Origin: Sphaerodactylus townsendi
Taxonomy: Eukaryota
Assembly (NCBI RefSeq): GCF_021028975.2
Contig: NC_059435.1
Span: forward strand, 61,752,001 to 61,816,000
Reading direction: 5' to 3'
Length of the DNA: 64,000 nucleotides
Shown here: positions 13,142 through 26,914 of the stretch, one piece after another
Layout of the letters: every line of letters begins with the position of its first letter
How positions within the stretch are numbered: position 1 is the first letter of the stretch
Made by a program: the position numbers and the translations under genes
Notes under the pieces: generated by a model
Database searches by the model: none
Seen by the model: the letters and a program-made list of their open reading frames with translations, nothing else
What the model was told of the DNA's origin: nothing

Positions 13142-13658
13142 ATCAAAGCCTACCACAACATAGTGTATATCTTCACGAGCAGCTTTTCTGGCAACAAATG
13201 AGAGCCTTCTTATGAACACCAAAAATGACGAAGCTGGGGAGAAGCAGAATCAGGAAAGAAAAAAAAAATTGGTAGGACCCAAACCATAGTACTGAAAATG
13301 AAAACTGTATTACTGAGAATAAATCTAATTTGGAACATAGGGTGGATTACTTTAGGACAAATCAGAGTTGCTCAGACATGATTCAGATCCAGAGTTTAGT
13401 GCTATGTGAATGAGCCCTGCGCTCATGCACTTTATCTCCCCTTTTCTCCTACCCACCCACCTTTTGAGTCAAGCAGTGATGTCCAGTTTAGTACAAGCAT
13501 CTTCTGCCATTACATCGGAAAAAGAATGGCAAATTCAACCCTTGGTTAGGAGAGGGAAGCAGAAACCACAGTTTAATGGTTCAGCTGTAACTAGAAGGGA
13601 TGAGTTGCTCTATATGGAAGTCACTTATTGATAACTGAGAAAATGAGTACATGATTAC

Positions 13659-14260
13659 GGGATTGGCATCCTTATCCAAAGATGTGCAAAGCTGCTGGTG
13701 GGTGCAGTGTAGGGGTGGATTGGCGGATTTGCTCTCCCTGGGGCACGTGCCCTGATGGAAAGGAGAATCCGTTGGTGGGTGGCCAATGTGGCCCTCCCCA
13801 GTGGCGGGATGCTGCACTGGACACTACACCAGCGCCCCTGCAACCCAACTGCTGAGGTAGTGGGGTCACGGTCAGGGGAGGAGCTGACGTGAATTGGCTT
13901 CCTCCTGGCCATAGGTGTCAAACTCGTGGCCCTCCAGATGTTATGGACTACAGTTCCCATCATGCTGGCAGGGGATGATGGGAACTGTAGTCCATAACAT
14001 CTGGAGGGCCGCGAGTTTGACACCTGTGCTCCTGGTCATTGCCGGCAGCTGGGGCTTTGAACTTACATCTCTGAAAAGGTGGTGCAAGTCTATTATGCTC
14101 AATGGGGGCTTCCTAGCAGCAGGGAGGCTTTTTTGCATTTTCAGCTCCCCACACAGTTGGGAAGCCTCCTTGGGGGTGTCGGGGCAGCACAGCTGTGCCA
14201 CAGTATCTGACACTGTATCTGACAACAAGCCAGGTCTGTGTCTAAACCAAGCAAATGGCT
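13659..14260. mobile_element. Older GC-rich non-autonomous DNA element (ggattggc / gccaatcc family), interrupted by a MITE
   Basis: Reverse-complement similarity to 25922-26305 (gcggatttgctctccctggggcac vs gtgtcccggggagggcaaatccacc); right boundary approximate. Confidence 0.5.
13910..14028. mobile_element. hAT palindromic MITE
   Basis: cataggtgtcaaactcg...cgagtttgacacctgtg; TSD ctcctggc/ctcctggt. Confidence 0.9.
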
Positions 14261-14915
14261 AAATCCATATATTAATGGATAGTGCACTGTAACATTTATC
14301 CACAATACCAATTTCCACAAGTATGTTTTCCCAAGTAGTTAAGACACAGCATGAATGATTGGGGTTGTGCAGTATGCAGCAACGTGTATATGCCGTCAAT
14401 GTGTGAATATCACAAAAGCAAAACGCTTTGAAGCTACTCTATGACTGTAGTTCGCACTTTTGTAAACATGGAATGCATGGAGCTTTCCAAAGAAGGAAAC
14501 AGTCATTTCTGTACATCCCAGAATGTACTTTTAGCATTAAATATTTCTTGAGATCAAAACAGGGAGTTGCATGATTGCATCACAACTTTGAGAATCTACA
14601 AAATATCCAGTTAACACTAAATAGTCAACAGTATTCTGGGACCTTCTGGAAGTTTGGTATCTTTCATATAATGTCAATCACAAAAAAAAGTAAATTGGGT
14701 ATGCCAAACAAACATTAGGGAGGGGAGGCACTTTTGAAACACTTATTAAGTATAAAAGAAGATACTCAAGGGATTGTCCATTTGGACAAGAAACAATGGG
14801 TAGAAACTGCAGGAAGATGGATCAATATTTGGCTTAATATTAGGAAAAGCTCCTAAACTTAAGAGTATTACTACAAATGGAACCATCACCAGCAACTTTC
14901 TAATTCATAATGGTT

Positions 14916-14916
<1 letters not shown>

Positions 14917-14945
<29 letters not shown>
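14917..14945. repeat. (AGAC)n microsatellite
   Basis: Direct reading. Confidence 0.95.
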
Positions 14946-14947
<2 letters not shown>

Positions 14948-17900
14948 AAACAGAAGAATCAGAATCAGACAGATACAAATTTCCAGCCTATTTTATTTTC
15001 AAGTTAGTTTAAATTTTCAATGACTAATTTAGTAATATTACAACCATCCATTTCTATCTCAAGAAGGCAATGGAGCGATTTAAATGTTACTTTCTATGTG
15101 GAAATACAAAAGGCTCAAGGGATTTTCAGTTGTTTAATGGGGGAGAAAGTTTTTAATGGATATTACCAACACTGAAGTATCATTTCTCTAGGCCTGGTAC
15201 GAACATATACACCTCACCATCATTCCATTGCATAATACATCATTCCATCCCATGAATCACCACAGAAAATGTCTAGTTGACTGGACTGCAAAAAGTACAG
15301 CAGGAGAATTGCTCCTGCCTTGTATGTGAGCTGCCAGACATATTGTCTATCCGTGCTACTATAAGGAATTACTATTCCACTCACAAAGAGTTATTCTCAC
15401 ACATTCTGACATGTAAAAAAATTAGTCAGTCCATTTTCCACTGGCAGTGAGAAATTCCCGGGCAAGCATTACTGTTGATCATGTTACAAGCTAGTAATGA
15501 GGAAGAGAATGCCTTCAGCTTGCTTCTTTCAGCAACAGACATAATTAACAGCAAAGCAAAGAAGATTAACTCCACCCTGTGTAAAATCCCTCTCTGTTCT
15601 GATTGGCTCAATTGATCAACATCACATAGAAATAAAGGCTATAAGATGTCAGGAAAATCCCTAAGAATTATCCAACTCTCTAGGACACCCCCTCAGAGAC
15701 AGCATTTGGAAAAGATAAGGAGTGCAGAAGGGGGCAATGTCAAAGACTTATTAAAATGGTTAAAAACACAAATAAATTAAACTATTAAAGACTAAACTCC
15801 CAGCATGGCAAAGTCTATGACATTTACAACATAATGCATGGTGAAACCGACATCCTGCAATGGCGGTCGAAGCCAATAAGCGTAACTTCATCTGACAATT
15901 AACTTTGTGGATCAGATTCCCGTGCAGTGGTCTAAATGTGGCTTTTGTACTTCCTATTTTAATCTCTGTTCACAGCAAATGTTATTTATTAAATGCCTGT
16001 CTGCCTCAGATGTTCCATTTGCCTCCCATATAACAAAAAAGCCATAAAACCAATTAAATTCTCATTAAAAGATAAAGCCCAAACCATGCTAATAAAACAC
16101 CAAATCATTAAAAAAAAACCAGATTAGAGCTGCCTGTCTCATGATATCAGTCTCTATTCAACAGGTCAAGCTGTGTGTGTTTTAATGTGATCCAAGACTA
16201 ACTACAGATTTTTTAAAAATCCCTTCAAAATAAATGCATTAAAGCAGTCAAAAACATCCCAGTTGCCAGGAGGTGCTCAGCATTTAGTTGTACAGCTCTT
16301 TGGCTTTGGTGTCCATATTCCCAACATAATCCTGTTCACTACCACGCATCCCAAACTAGCACTTCTCACAGAAGGCTTGCTCCAGTATTGTCCTACATCA
16401 TGATCCACCAGTAGCTGATCTGAAGTGTTGATATATCCTTCCATTGAAGCTAATATGTGTGGAACAGTACAACTGCTTACAATAGCACTGTACAACAGAA
16501 CAATACAATAGCACTGTAAGTTTCCAGTGTCCTGTCTGAGGCTGTGGGTGAAATCACACACACATTCTGGTCACTTCTCCTCTGGCCTATTCTGGTCACG
16601 TGTTCTTTGGACACTGCAATCTAGATATAAGTGCCCATCCCTAGTCTACCCAGAATTCCATTATAGTAGTTGACTCAGAAATTAGATAAGAGATGAAATG
16701 TGTGGGCAGTGAGCATTTCATGCTGTCCACCTTTAGTGTGTTCCATATTTAAATCTGAATGTTACCTTTGGTAATCATGGTTTAATTCTCAGGCTGAATA
16801 TCACTGACACCAGTTTCTCCACTCCATTTTTAAATGAATGACCCAAGAGTCCTGAATTACTGAGTAATATCCATCAGCGTTCAGGAAACTGGTCTAGGAA
16901 GCCCTTGTTTTCAGTCATTGTTAGGGACCCCCTGAATGCTGATGGATATTGTACAGGATACAATACCCTGTACATGCCTCTTGAATGAACTTGTATCTGC
17001 CTCTGCTGAAGCCTTGTTCATATACTGCCACCATTTTGCTAAAGAGAAGTACTACATGACAGAATGACATGGCTGAAAATGACAGAACAATAATTGAAAT
17101 AATTAAAGGAATGAAATTGTCGACAATAACCACTAACACGGAGATGGAAACAGCAAGCCACTAATTCTTCTGATGTCTAGGTTAACACCTTACATATTGA
17201 ATGGACAAGAAGCATGAAGAGTTCCAAGTCACAACAACTCCAACAATTCCAAAGCATGGCCACAACAAGCCACCACAACTGACTTGATCAGGAACAGATT
17301 ATGCAGAAGTTTACATGTGGGATATTTTATTTTAATGAGTGGGAGTTAGGAGTGGAATTTAAAGGAAATACTGCTCCTAGAGATGATGATATCCAGACAC
17401 CGTGTGTGTGTGCGGGCATGTATAGAAGGGAACAGGAGATCTGCCATGAAGGGGGAGGGAGAAGAAATTGGTAAAATTGTCCACCTTTCGATCAGTAGAA
17501 ATTTCCAGTGGGTTCAACCCATCGTTACTTGTTCAAATTGGTAATCAGGGATCGTTTTAACATCTACATCAGTAGAAGTGGTGGAGATTTTGTGGATAAA
17601 AATAGCACTATTTAATTCTCATGTTCTCGTTCACATACACCCTCTACCTGATTTCGTGCCCTTCTGGGCAGTCCCTTCCAAATCCCTCCACTGAAATCAT
17701 ATAAATTGCGGGAGGTTATTTGAGTAACAGCTACCATTTTTCAGAACACCAAAGCAAAAAAGCTGGGAAGAACCAAGTCTTCCCAGGATCTCATGCAAAT
17801 GTCCCTTAGTGAGAAAGAGGCAGGGCAGCGTCAGGACTATGGGGAGTGAAAAACCCCGAAGGACTTATAAATGGAGTGCTGTCAAATGGATATGTAGCAA

Positions 17901-18899
17901 TTTCAACAGCAACTGTGTTGCTTGGGCTTCAACAATCTTAAACATAGCAAGCAGCTTAACCTTATCTCCCCAAGCCACTGCCTTCCTTGGGTAATTGATG
18001 CTTGGGAGACCCCGATTTCATATAAACCATGCCACTATGTTATTGTATACAGCAATCTGACTGCTAGCAGAGGCAGGAAACTGCACTGAACCCAGATCAA
18101 TAGACATGTCAACAGTAAGCTGCTTAATCTAATTCTGCCTATCTCATCTTGGAGCACAGAGTTTGCAATTTTGCTGCAGAAGTCCCTTCTGGCAGGAAAT
18201 GGTTTGGAAAAGTTTAGTCTTAAGAAGTTGATGGGGATATGCTTATCCTCCGGGCCCTGGACTGTTTATTCAGCAGGATGGCCAATCTAAATGTTTTGTA
18301 AATGGCAGCAATGCAAACAAGGCAATTACTAGTCCCTTTAAGAACTAAAAGCCATCAAGGGTGATCTGCTTGTCAGGGGACATGGAGGTTTTAACAGCAC
18401 CAGCGCCAGTTTCATTTCAAAGTGAAGCGTGCCTGTGCCGATGAACCAAGCTAAAATAAACTTGAGACGATCACCACCATTCTCCCCTTCATATCCTCTC
18501 ACTCTAATACCATTATTCCTCCGTCCCCAGGTAATGCCTCTCCATTAATAATTATAGTTAGCTTGCTTCTGGTTGTAATACAACTACCAGCAGAAGCCTA
18601 GAATGTGGGGCAACACAACAGTAAAGTATATTTGATAATAATTTTTATTTAATGTATTATATAAGACCTCTACCCAATGAAGTCATTTATGGACATGGAC
18701 TCAGACGTCTTCACAAAAATAGGACGGAGTCTTCTGGAGTTTATTAGATGATGTGGGTTCTAGAAGGTAACTTCCATTTCCCTACTTCCCATCCCTCTTC
18801 CTTCCTTTTCTCCCTCCCTCTCCTTCCCTTTAGTTTCTCTCGTTACCCCTTTTTTCTTCCCCTCCTCTTCCTTCCACTTATGGAATACACTGAGACTAT

Positions 18900-19021
18900 G
18901 GCTGTTTCCGCATGGGCCAAAACCAGCAGTTTTGAAAATGGTATAAAAAACCCTTTTACCCTGTTTTAAACCCTTTCACACCATTTTCACACTGCTGTTT
19001 TTGGCCCATGCGGAATCAGCC
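18900..19021. mobile_element. PIF/Harbinger-type MITE
   Basis: TIR ggctgtttccgcatgggccaaaa / ttttggcccatgcggaatcagcc; 3-bp TSD TAT. Confidence 0.8.
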
Positions 19022-19914
19022 TATAAGATGGATATGCTACATTTAATGTAACTGGATGTTTTGATTATTTATCCCCATGGGAAGGAGAATTGAGAATGTC
19101 AGGGTACCTTTTTTTTGTATATAAGTTTTAATGATTTAAATTGATTTGAGTTTTAACTGTTTGTATATTGATTGTAAATGTATACTAATAGAAGGTGTTC
19201 TGAGCCTGGAGTAGGGTGGGATAGAAATTGAATTAAAGTAAAGTAATGGCTTGTTTGTTAATTGCCTTTTTAAAAATTACTATTCTGCTGTGGTTTTAAA
19301 TGGTAAGCTACCCTGAGAAGGATTCTGAAGCAGCAGCGCAGAAACATTCCAAATAAATACATGAAATGAAAGTCCTCCATATCAGTATCAATAAGAATAA
19401 TAACCTCTCAACTAACTGAGAATCAGAACTTTTGAACAAAATTAAATCAATATTCAATTATTGACTGACTTGAGCTTATGCAAACAATGTAAAGCCACAG
19501 GGAAATGTTACTGTACAAAGACTGCCATGTGTATAAATGGATCAGTCTATGGGCCTACTGACATGATAACACTGCAGCCTGTTTTTATATATATTTGGTA
19601 TATATACATACTGTATTTGTTTTATAATTTATTGCTTTTACTTTGTTGGTATTCTAAAGTTCTTATGATGTGCCAATTAGTTTTCTGAATTTCCATGAAA
19701 CTGATAATGTGCAGAGACATAAAAACGTCCGTCGGGTTAAGTCGTTCACTATATTTGGTGATGCATCTGAGAGGTTTGGCATCCTAATGAGTTAAGAGAC
19801 AAATCTCTCAATTTTAGAATAATAAAAAAATCAAACGTCCCCCATTTGAACACATTTAGAAAGTGAATTTTATAAACCTCTCTGCACAAGAATGCATTCA
19901 AACTTCTAACAGGA

Positions 19915-20225
19915 CACTTACCTGGAGATCTCCCAGAATTCCAACTGGTCTCCAGACAACATAGATTAGTTCTCTTGGAGATAACGGCGGCATTGGAGAC
20001 TGGACACCATGAAATTATACAATCTGAACATAAACCAACCAAAGTCCTTCCTCTTCCCAAATCCTGCCCTCTTCAGGTTCCACCCGCAGATCTTCAGGAG
20101 TTTCTCCATCTAGAGCAGGGGTGTCCAACTCTGGTGCTTCAGATATTCATGGACTACAATTTCCCCTGCTGGCATGGCCAATTGCGCCAGAGTTGGACAC
20201 CCCTGATCTAGCGCTAGCAACCCTA
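19915..20225. mobile_element. hAT (tagggttgc-terminus, Blackjack-like) element carrying a nested MITE
   Basis: Ends gcaacccta; body similar to 35343-35543. Confidence 0.65.
20116..20205. mobile_element. hAT MITE
   Basis: TIR caggggtgtccaactctgg/ccagagttggacacccctg; TSD atctagag/atctagcg. Confidence 0.9.
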
Positions 20226-23200
20226 GTGTGCATTAATATGCATGAGATTGCAGGGAGGTTTTCCAGCTTTGTGCCAATTCCACAGCAATTCGCTTCTTAA
20301 TGTGTGGGCTTTTAATAGTTTGGGGCCACATCAACCATGCTTCATGAACAAATACAATGGGAACTCCTTGACTCTCTTCCTATAATGAACTCATCTACTT
20401 ATGAAATAATTAACAAGATGGTTTACTTAGCTTAGAAGGTATTATTTAATGGGCAGTTTTGCTATCCTACCATTAACACACACACCCAAATGCTTTGGGC
20501 AGCTTTTATACTCAGCTATGGTGACCAAAGTTTTGAACAGTTGCAGCTTAATATTATCCTTGGACAAGGACATGTGAGAGAGAATGAGAGGAAGAGAAAT
20601 AAGACACTGCTGCTCCCAGCAGTTCTGTAATCCAATGTCATCGCACTCCAGGGGGTCTGAGAGATGAACCAGGTCACCATAAGGAAATATGATCACAACT
20701 CACCTCATCTATAATGTGGCTCAGCTTGAAACCTATGCTGTTAAATTATCTGACCCACTGAACGTGTGCTATGTTCACCAGACCCTAGCCCCTGCAGTAA
20801 GCACACAAATTGCATCTGAAACCACCTGCACCAGAAACTACCAAGGATACAAACATTCATTTTGACAAGCCAATACACTGACTGTGCTAAACGTTGGGTT
20901 GAAATTTGGATCACCACACGTTTTAAAATCTTGGGTTTTTTTCACAAGGAAAGGGAACATCTTGGTCTTTTCTTCTTGGTTGAGGACACAATGACGGTGA
21001 AAGGGTAGGGATCTGGATCCACCTAGACCACTTGCTTGATTTAATGGGGGTCTATTTTGCTCTCAAATGGGGGTCTATTTTCCAAAGTTAATTCCAAAGA
21101 GGGTATAGATTCATCCTTCTATTTCTAGCAAGTACACTTAATTGGCAATACAAACACATGGGAAGGCATACAGGCCCTCATTATTTTTTGTGTCACTGTT
21201 TTGATGACCTACTTTTGGCAAAAGGTAAATCTTCCCTTGGGTTTTGCAGGAGAGATTCGCAGACACTCTCTTTCTCTCTCTCTTCCCCACCCTTTGATCT
21301 ACATCCACTAGTTTCTGCCAGGCATCCAATGGGAGGCACCTCTCCCTGCACCCCCACCCAATGCACTACCCACCCTCTTGTTTATGGTGAGAAAAAGTGT
21401 CAAGAGAACAGAGACTTTAAACTGCCAGACACTCAAATGGAAAAACAGCTTTTGTTTTAATCTCTCCCCTCTAACGGTTGCTTCAGTTTGCTTGTAGCAG
21501 TACTGAGATGAATGGTTTGCAAATTAAACGAAACATTTTTATGATTCACTTCAGTAGTCGGAACCTTTTTTCCGTCTTTCTTTTTTTTAAATGCAAGGTT
21601 AAAAGTGACTAGCAAACCTTTTAAGGTTATTGAAACTAAATTATTAACGCTGCGTTTCACCTTTCTTTTGTCCTCCTCGTGGCATTCCCCCTGATTACTT
21701 GCTGCAACTCCCTCCTACAAGTTGTAAATCAAATGAAAAATCTTTTAGAGTACAAAAACATCTGATTAAAATTTTCATCCGCAGGGAAACTGCAGATATG
21801 CGGAGGGAAGCCACATCACGCATTTTGTACATTCGAGACTTCTGACAATCCCTCTTCTTTTGGGGCGAGAAGGGTGTAGGCAGTGAAAATTGAGCACTTT
21901 CATCTCAGTGAGTAACAAAAGAGAAGTTTCTCACCTTTAAATCCCATTTGCAACCTTCAAAACAACTTTGAAATTTCCATCTAGTGCATGACTACACTTG
22001 GCATGTCATGTCTCCCATGTGGTGTGACACAGAGCTATGTCAGCGAGTGTGCCGGATAAAAAGTTGGCTTTCCAGATCTTAAATCTGAACAATCCGCAGG
22101 TGTGATGAGATCACCTAGCAACATGGGGCTGTAAAAACAGAATCCTGAAATAGCCCACAATATGCCATTCTTTAATACTATAAAACATACCTGATTTTTT
22201 TTCTATTCTGGGCTTGAGGACTTTTCCTGGAGCAAAACAAGTACTTCAAAAATGAAGAGAATCAATGTCACTACCCAGAGACACAACCATCCATTAATTT
22301 GCATGTTTTCCTTGAGGCCATGCTTACCTGCAAGGAGATTTCTACCTGTTCTTGCTCTTTTTTCTTCTCTGGACCTTTTGGGGGGGGGCATAATACTTGG
22401 ATAATACTTTTTCATACCTGTACTAGAGGTCGTTGAGAGTTCACATGTTTTTTCTAAGTTAATAAATTTCGACAGATGTCCCCACAAGTGGGACATCCTG
22501 GATAACTAGCTAGATAACTAGCATGTTGGGACTGGGATTATCCACAGTCATGTACTGCATTAGATTCTTCCAATGACAATGTCAGAACATCCTTAAACCA
22601 GTCAGTTGAAACACTTGTTGATGAACAATAGTTCCTTTACTGCTGGCAAGAATAGTCCAGTCCAGTACAAAGACATCTCTGGTTGCCCCAGCCAGGACAT
22701 ATCTATCTTAAAGCCACCAGCATGCCCATCCCCCACCCACCCCCGCTCCACCATACAATCATCCCACAGCTGCACTACAGACCAAAGTATGTGGCCATCA
22801 CTAGCTAAGCGGAGGAGAGATAAGCAGTCAGGAAGCAACAGAAGAATAGTTTCACGTGGCGGTTTCACACAGACCAGCATTCCCATCCCCCAGTACTCAG
22901 GCCACCCCGACAGACAACAAACTGTTATTGGGATGGGACCTGGAGAAAAATGACTGACAGAACGCCACCTTGTTCCAGGGGTTGTATTGTACTGGGTTAT
23001 TGTATAGCATTGCATTTTGTTGCATTTTGTAAGCCGCCTTGAATACTGACAACAGAAAGGGGAAGTAGCAAAAAAAAGCTGGCCATGTAGCGTTTGCGTG
23101 CAGATGTGCGGATTCTGCTTCCCTCACAAACCAAACACACACTTAAATTTGTTGGAAAAGAAATGGCCACAGCCCGGTTTATTAACAAATAATGCATAAC

Positions 23201-24405
23201 TCTTTTGAAGCTGGGCAGGCATATCGGGGCACATCCTGGCCACCAGGCAGCGAACCGCTGAACCTGGTCACTGTCAGCTCTACAGCTGACCCCTGGCCCT
23301 TCTGCCTTTGAATGCATACTTTATCCTTTTCTCGACTGGTACTATTAGCACACCTGGAAGATTTATTATTTCTGGATAGTCTTTTTGCATTGGTTGTTGG
23401 TTTTAGTGCACTGAGGTTCCCCAAGTGAGGCTCCTAGACCGTTGCTGTGGAATGTACACGATACTCTCAATACTGTTTTCTGTCTCACTGTTATATTGAT
23501 TTTATTTTCATCCTGCAACTAAGTTTCACTTCTCAACAGTTTTAGCCTATTGTCCCGAATCTATGACGCTACATGGCAACTTGGTGTGTTTCCTTCTTTA
23601 GTATTCTAGGCATTAATGACTGGCTTGTTTTATTGTTGTTTTTACTGTGTGCCACCCTAGGTGTTCAGAAAGACGGGAGAGAAATCAACGGCATAAATAA
23701 AATAAATCTCACGTTCAGTGCAGACAATCGAGTTCCCCCCTTATTGAAAACAGATGTCTGCTTTGCAAAAAAAAAAAGAGAAGCTTAAATGGCTTGTCTC
23801 CCCTTCATTCTCCTTGGTCAGCTGAAAAACAAAAAGTCAGACTGAAGTCCATTAACTCCTGTTTTATATTGACATTGCGTGTTCGAAGACAGACATTTTG
23901 CAGAGCATACTAATTGTTCCGTGGCTCCCTGCATACCTGCCAGCTTTCTCTCCAACCTATTTGAAGATAATCTATCGGCAAGTATCCTCTAAAGCCAAGA
24001 AAGATGAATGCTTTAAAGGGGGGAAAGTTTCCAATTCAAGAGCATAATAATGAAAACAAATTAACTACACCATAGCTAGTAGCCACAACCTGCCCTCTCC
24101 TATGCATTATTGCATCTTTTGGTTCGGTTTTGTCTTAGCAGAAAATGGTTATATAAACATTAACTCTTGTGAAATTTCTCTCTTCAACACTAGGATACTT
24201 CAGACGTAACTTACCATGGCTTATCATATCTGAATGAGCCTGAGGAATCCTAGAGTTCAGCCTCTCCATTTTCCATCTCTTCTGTAAGATTACTACTTCT
24301 ATAGCCAACTGTGTATTATTTTATTTATTTATTGTTTAAACTTTTATACCACCCCATCCCCAAAGGGCTTTTATACCGCCCCATCCCCAAAGTATTAGCT
24401 TAGTC

Positions 24406-24600
24406 AGGGTACATGGCTCAGTTGTAGAGCATCCGCTTAGCTTGCTGAAGGTCCCAGGCTCAATGCCTAGCATCTCCCATTAAAGGATCTAGCAGTAGGT
24501 GATGCAAAAAACCTCTACCTGAGACCCTAGAAAGTCACTGCCAGTCTGAGCAGACAACACTGTCTATAAGAGACAAATGGTCCGATTTAGGATAAGGCAC
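24406..24600 (+). mobile_element. Squam2-type tRNA-derived SINE
   Basis: tggctcagttgtagagca A box, ggtcccaggctcaatgcc B-box region, cctgagaccctagaaagtcactgccagtctgag...ataaggc body. Confidence 0.7.
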
Positions 24601-24870
24601 ACGTTCACCTTGCTTTTACTGTCTCGTCTTCCTGCATTTTCAAAAGATTTTGGAATCTGCCTTGAGTTTCCACAAGACAGGTAGGTTATCAATGAAACAA
24701 TTAAATAAATATATAACCACTGCCTAAGCCAGTGATCAACATGGGAGTTGTTCTAATGCTCCACTTGCATCCTGGTGCCTTCAGGACAGAACTAGGTAAG
24801 CACTAAGACCCAAGCAGAGCATTCTAGAACAGAGAAGGTCCAGAAAATGGCAGATTAATTCACAAATGTC

Positions 24871-25245
24871 TTGTCATCTTTCGATGAGAAAGGGTACAGA
24901 GGCTTCTGATGAGGACTAAGTCTCTGCAGGAGCCTGGCCCATTAGCAGAGTGTCTTACTTCAGCCCTATTTTGGACTTGGCTCAGCCTAGGTACATCAAT
25001 GTGCTTCCCTGAGAAGTACCCTGTGTCTGGGCTGCTCCTTAGCCAGTGCCTCTGATTCATACCTTGACTGACTGACCTATGAATACTGCCTGCCTTGACC
25101 CCTGCACTGCCTGACTGCAGCCTACAGATGTGACCTGCCTAACCTCTGCACTGTTGTACCTGTGCTATCTTGTACCACCTGAGCTGCTTAACCTGTGCAA
25201 CTACTTCCTGGCTGCCTCAGTCATCTACCAGCCTGTCATACCTGG
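24871..25245. mobile_element. Possible solo LTR (Gypsy-like)
   Basis: Starts near tgtca; internal ccttgac/ctgac/ctgcct low-order repeats typical of reptile Gypsy LTRs; ends not resolved. Confidence 0.3.
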
Positions 25246-25397
25246 AGCCAAGCAGCACAGTGAGATCCTGGTTGTTGCATTTTTAGCATATAGTTACTAG
25301 AAATTATGTCCCAAGTTAATTCAGAGAAGCTTACATTTGAGGTCAAATTTATCAGCTGGAGAGATTTCCAAAACGTCATGCTGCACAAGGACCCAAA

Positions 25398-25605
25398 GCA
25401 GGGTTGCCAGTGATTAATTGGGAAATTTTGGGGGTGGAACCTGAGGGAGGTGGGGTTTGGGAAGGGGAAGGACTTTAATGGGGTAGAGTGCCGTACAATC
25501 TACCTTTCAAAGCAAGCCATTTTCTCCAGGTGAACTAATCTCACTTGCCTGTAGTTCAGTTGTAATAGAGGGAGATCTCTAGCAATAACCTGGTGGTTGG
25601 AAAGT
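25398..25605. mobile_element. Degraded hAT (agggttgcca) element
   Basis: Starts agggttgcca; reverse complement of the 35343 family (gccattttctccagg). Confidence 0.6.
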
Positions 25606-25921
25606 TCTGTTGAAGTTAAGCACAATCAGTTTCTTATTAAAACTTCAATAACCTGTGCAGTACTTATTCATGTCCTCTTTGCCACTGCATGGGCAGCAAT
25701 CTCATTCCAGGGGAAGGAATTGTGATCAGTTGGGATTCCAAGATGCAGACCATGCCAGAGTTGACCAACATGGGAAAATCTCAGAATATCAACAATGCTC
25801 AATGAATTAGGTAAAAAAGGAGCATGAGATGCCAGAACATCAACTGTGGAAATAAAGAGCATGAAATTCCATTTTTGCGGGAGTTGATCCAGTTGGATGC
25901 AGAAACAGATAGATACTAACA

Positions 25922-26305
25922 GGCCAATCCAGAGCACCGAACAGCCAGAGGGCTTTCAGGTGGCGAAGGGAGGGAAGAAAACCCAAAAAACCTCCCTACT
26001 ACCAAAAGCCCTCGATAGGGCTGGATGGACTTGGTGGTGTATGTCCAAGGCCCAGATTGCTGCACACTTACTCACAAACATGGGGTGGACACCAACTAAT
26101 GTCGGCTCCATCCCCAGGAGTGCCCCTGCTGTGCTGACAGGGCACTCAGTGTCATGTGCGGGCATTTCGGAATGGTGTGGTGGCCGGCCACTGGACTGTA
26201 TCCCCCTCCACCAGGGTAAGTGTCCCGGGGAGGGCAAATCCACCAGAATGGCCCTGCACTGCCTTCATGGGACGATTCACCCTCCTCCCGAATCTGGACT
26301 GGGCC
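25922..26305. mobile_element. MITE with ggccaatccaga / tctggactgggcc termini
   Basis: Imperfect TIRs; related copies near 13659 and 49146. Confidence 0.6.
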
Positions 26306-26736
26306 ATAAATCTGTTTCTATTTTCTGTAAAGAAATAACTATGCCATTTTGGGCAACATTTGGTCTAACATGAACATGGCAAAAAGGACAACGTTAATAC
26401 ACTTCTGAGCTTTTGGTGAAGTATGGTCCATGTTTTGGATAACAAGTTGCTCATAAGACTTCTTTTTTTTTTTTTAGCACAGACCACTTCAAGGGAAGTA
26501 CTGCTTCATCAAACCTGAGCACATTTTCCAAACAGATTAGATTAGGGCATGTTGTCCCCTTTAAGTCTTTTTTTTTTAGAAAAAAGATTACTTGTTAATG
26601 TCCTGACCCTAGACCTAATGCAATAAACTCAAGGAATGGTAACTATTGCTAGGCTTTTCCAGTAATGTCACTGAACTCATTAGAGATAACTTCTTGGCCC
26701 GGGCCAAAAAAAAATCCTAATTATTAAATTCAACCT

Positions 26737-26914
26737 CGTATTGTTGAAGACTTTCACGGCCAGAATCACAAGGGTGTTGTGGGTTTTCTGGGTTGTATGG
26801 CTGTATTCCAGTAGTATTTTCTCCTGATGTTTTGCCTGCATCTGTGGCTGGCATGCCTGCAGAAGATACTACTGAAATTCAGCCATACAACCCAGAAAAC
26901 ACACAACACCCTAG
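26737..26914. mobile_element. Penelope inverted terminal fragment
   Basis: agggtgttgtgggttttctgggttgtatggctg / cagccatacaacccagaaaacacacaacaccct inverted halves; 11-bp TSD aaattcaacct. Confidence 0.8.

Noticed and set aside
25897-26373. 158-aa ORF
   Set aside because: Coincides with a GC-rich MITE
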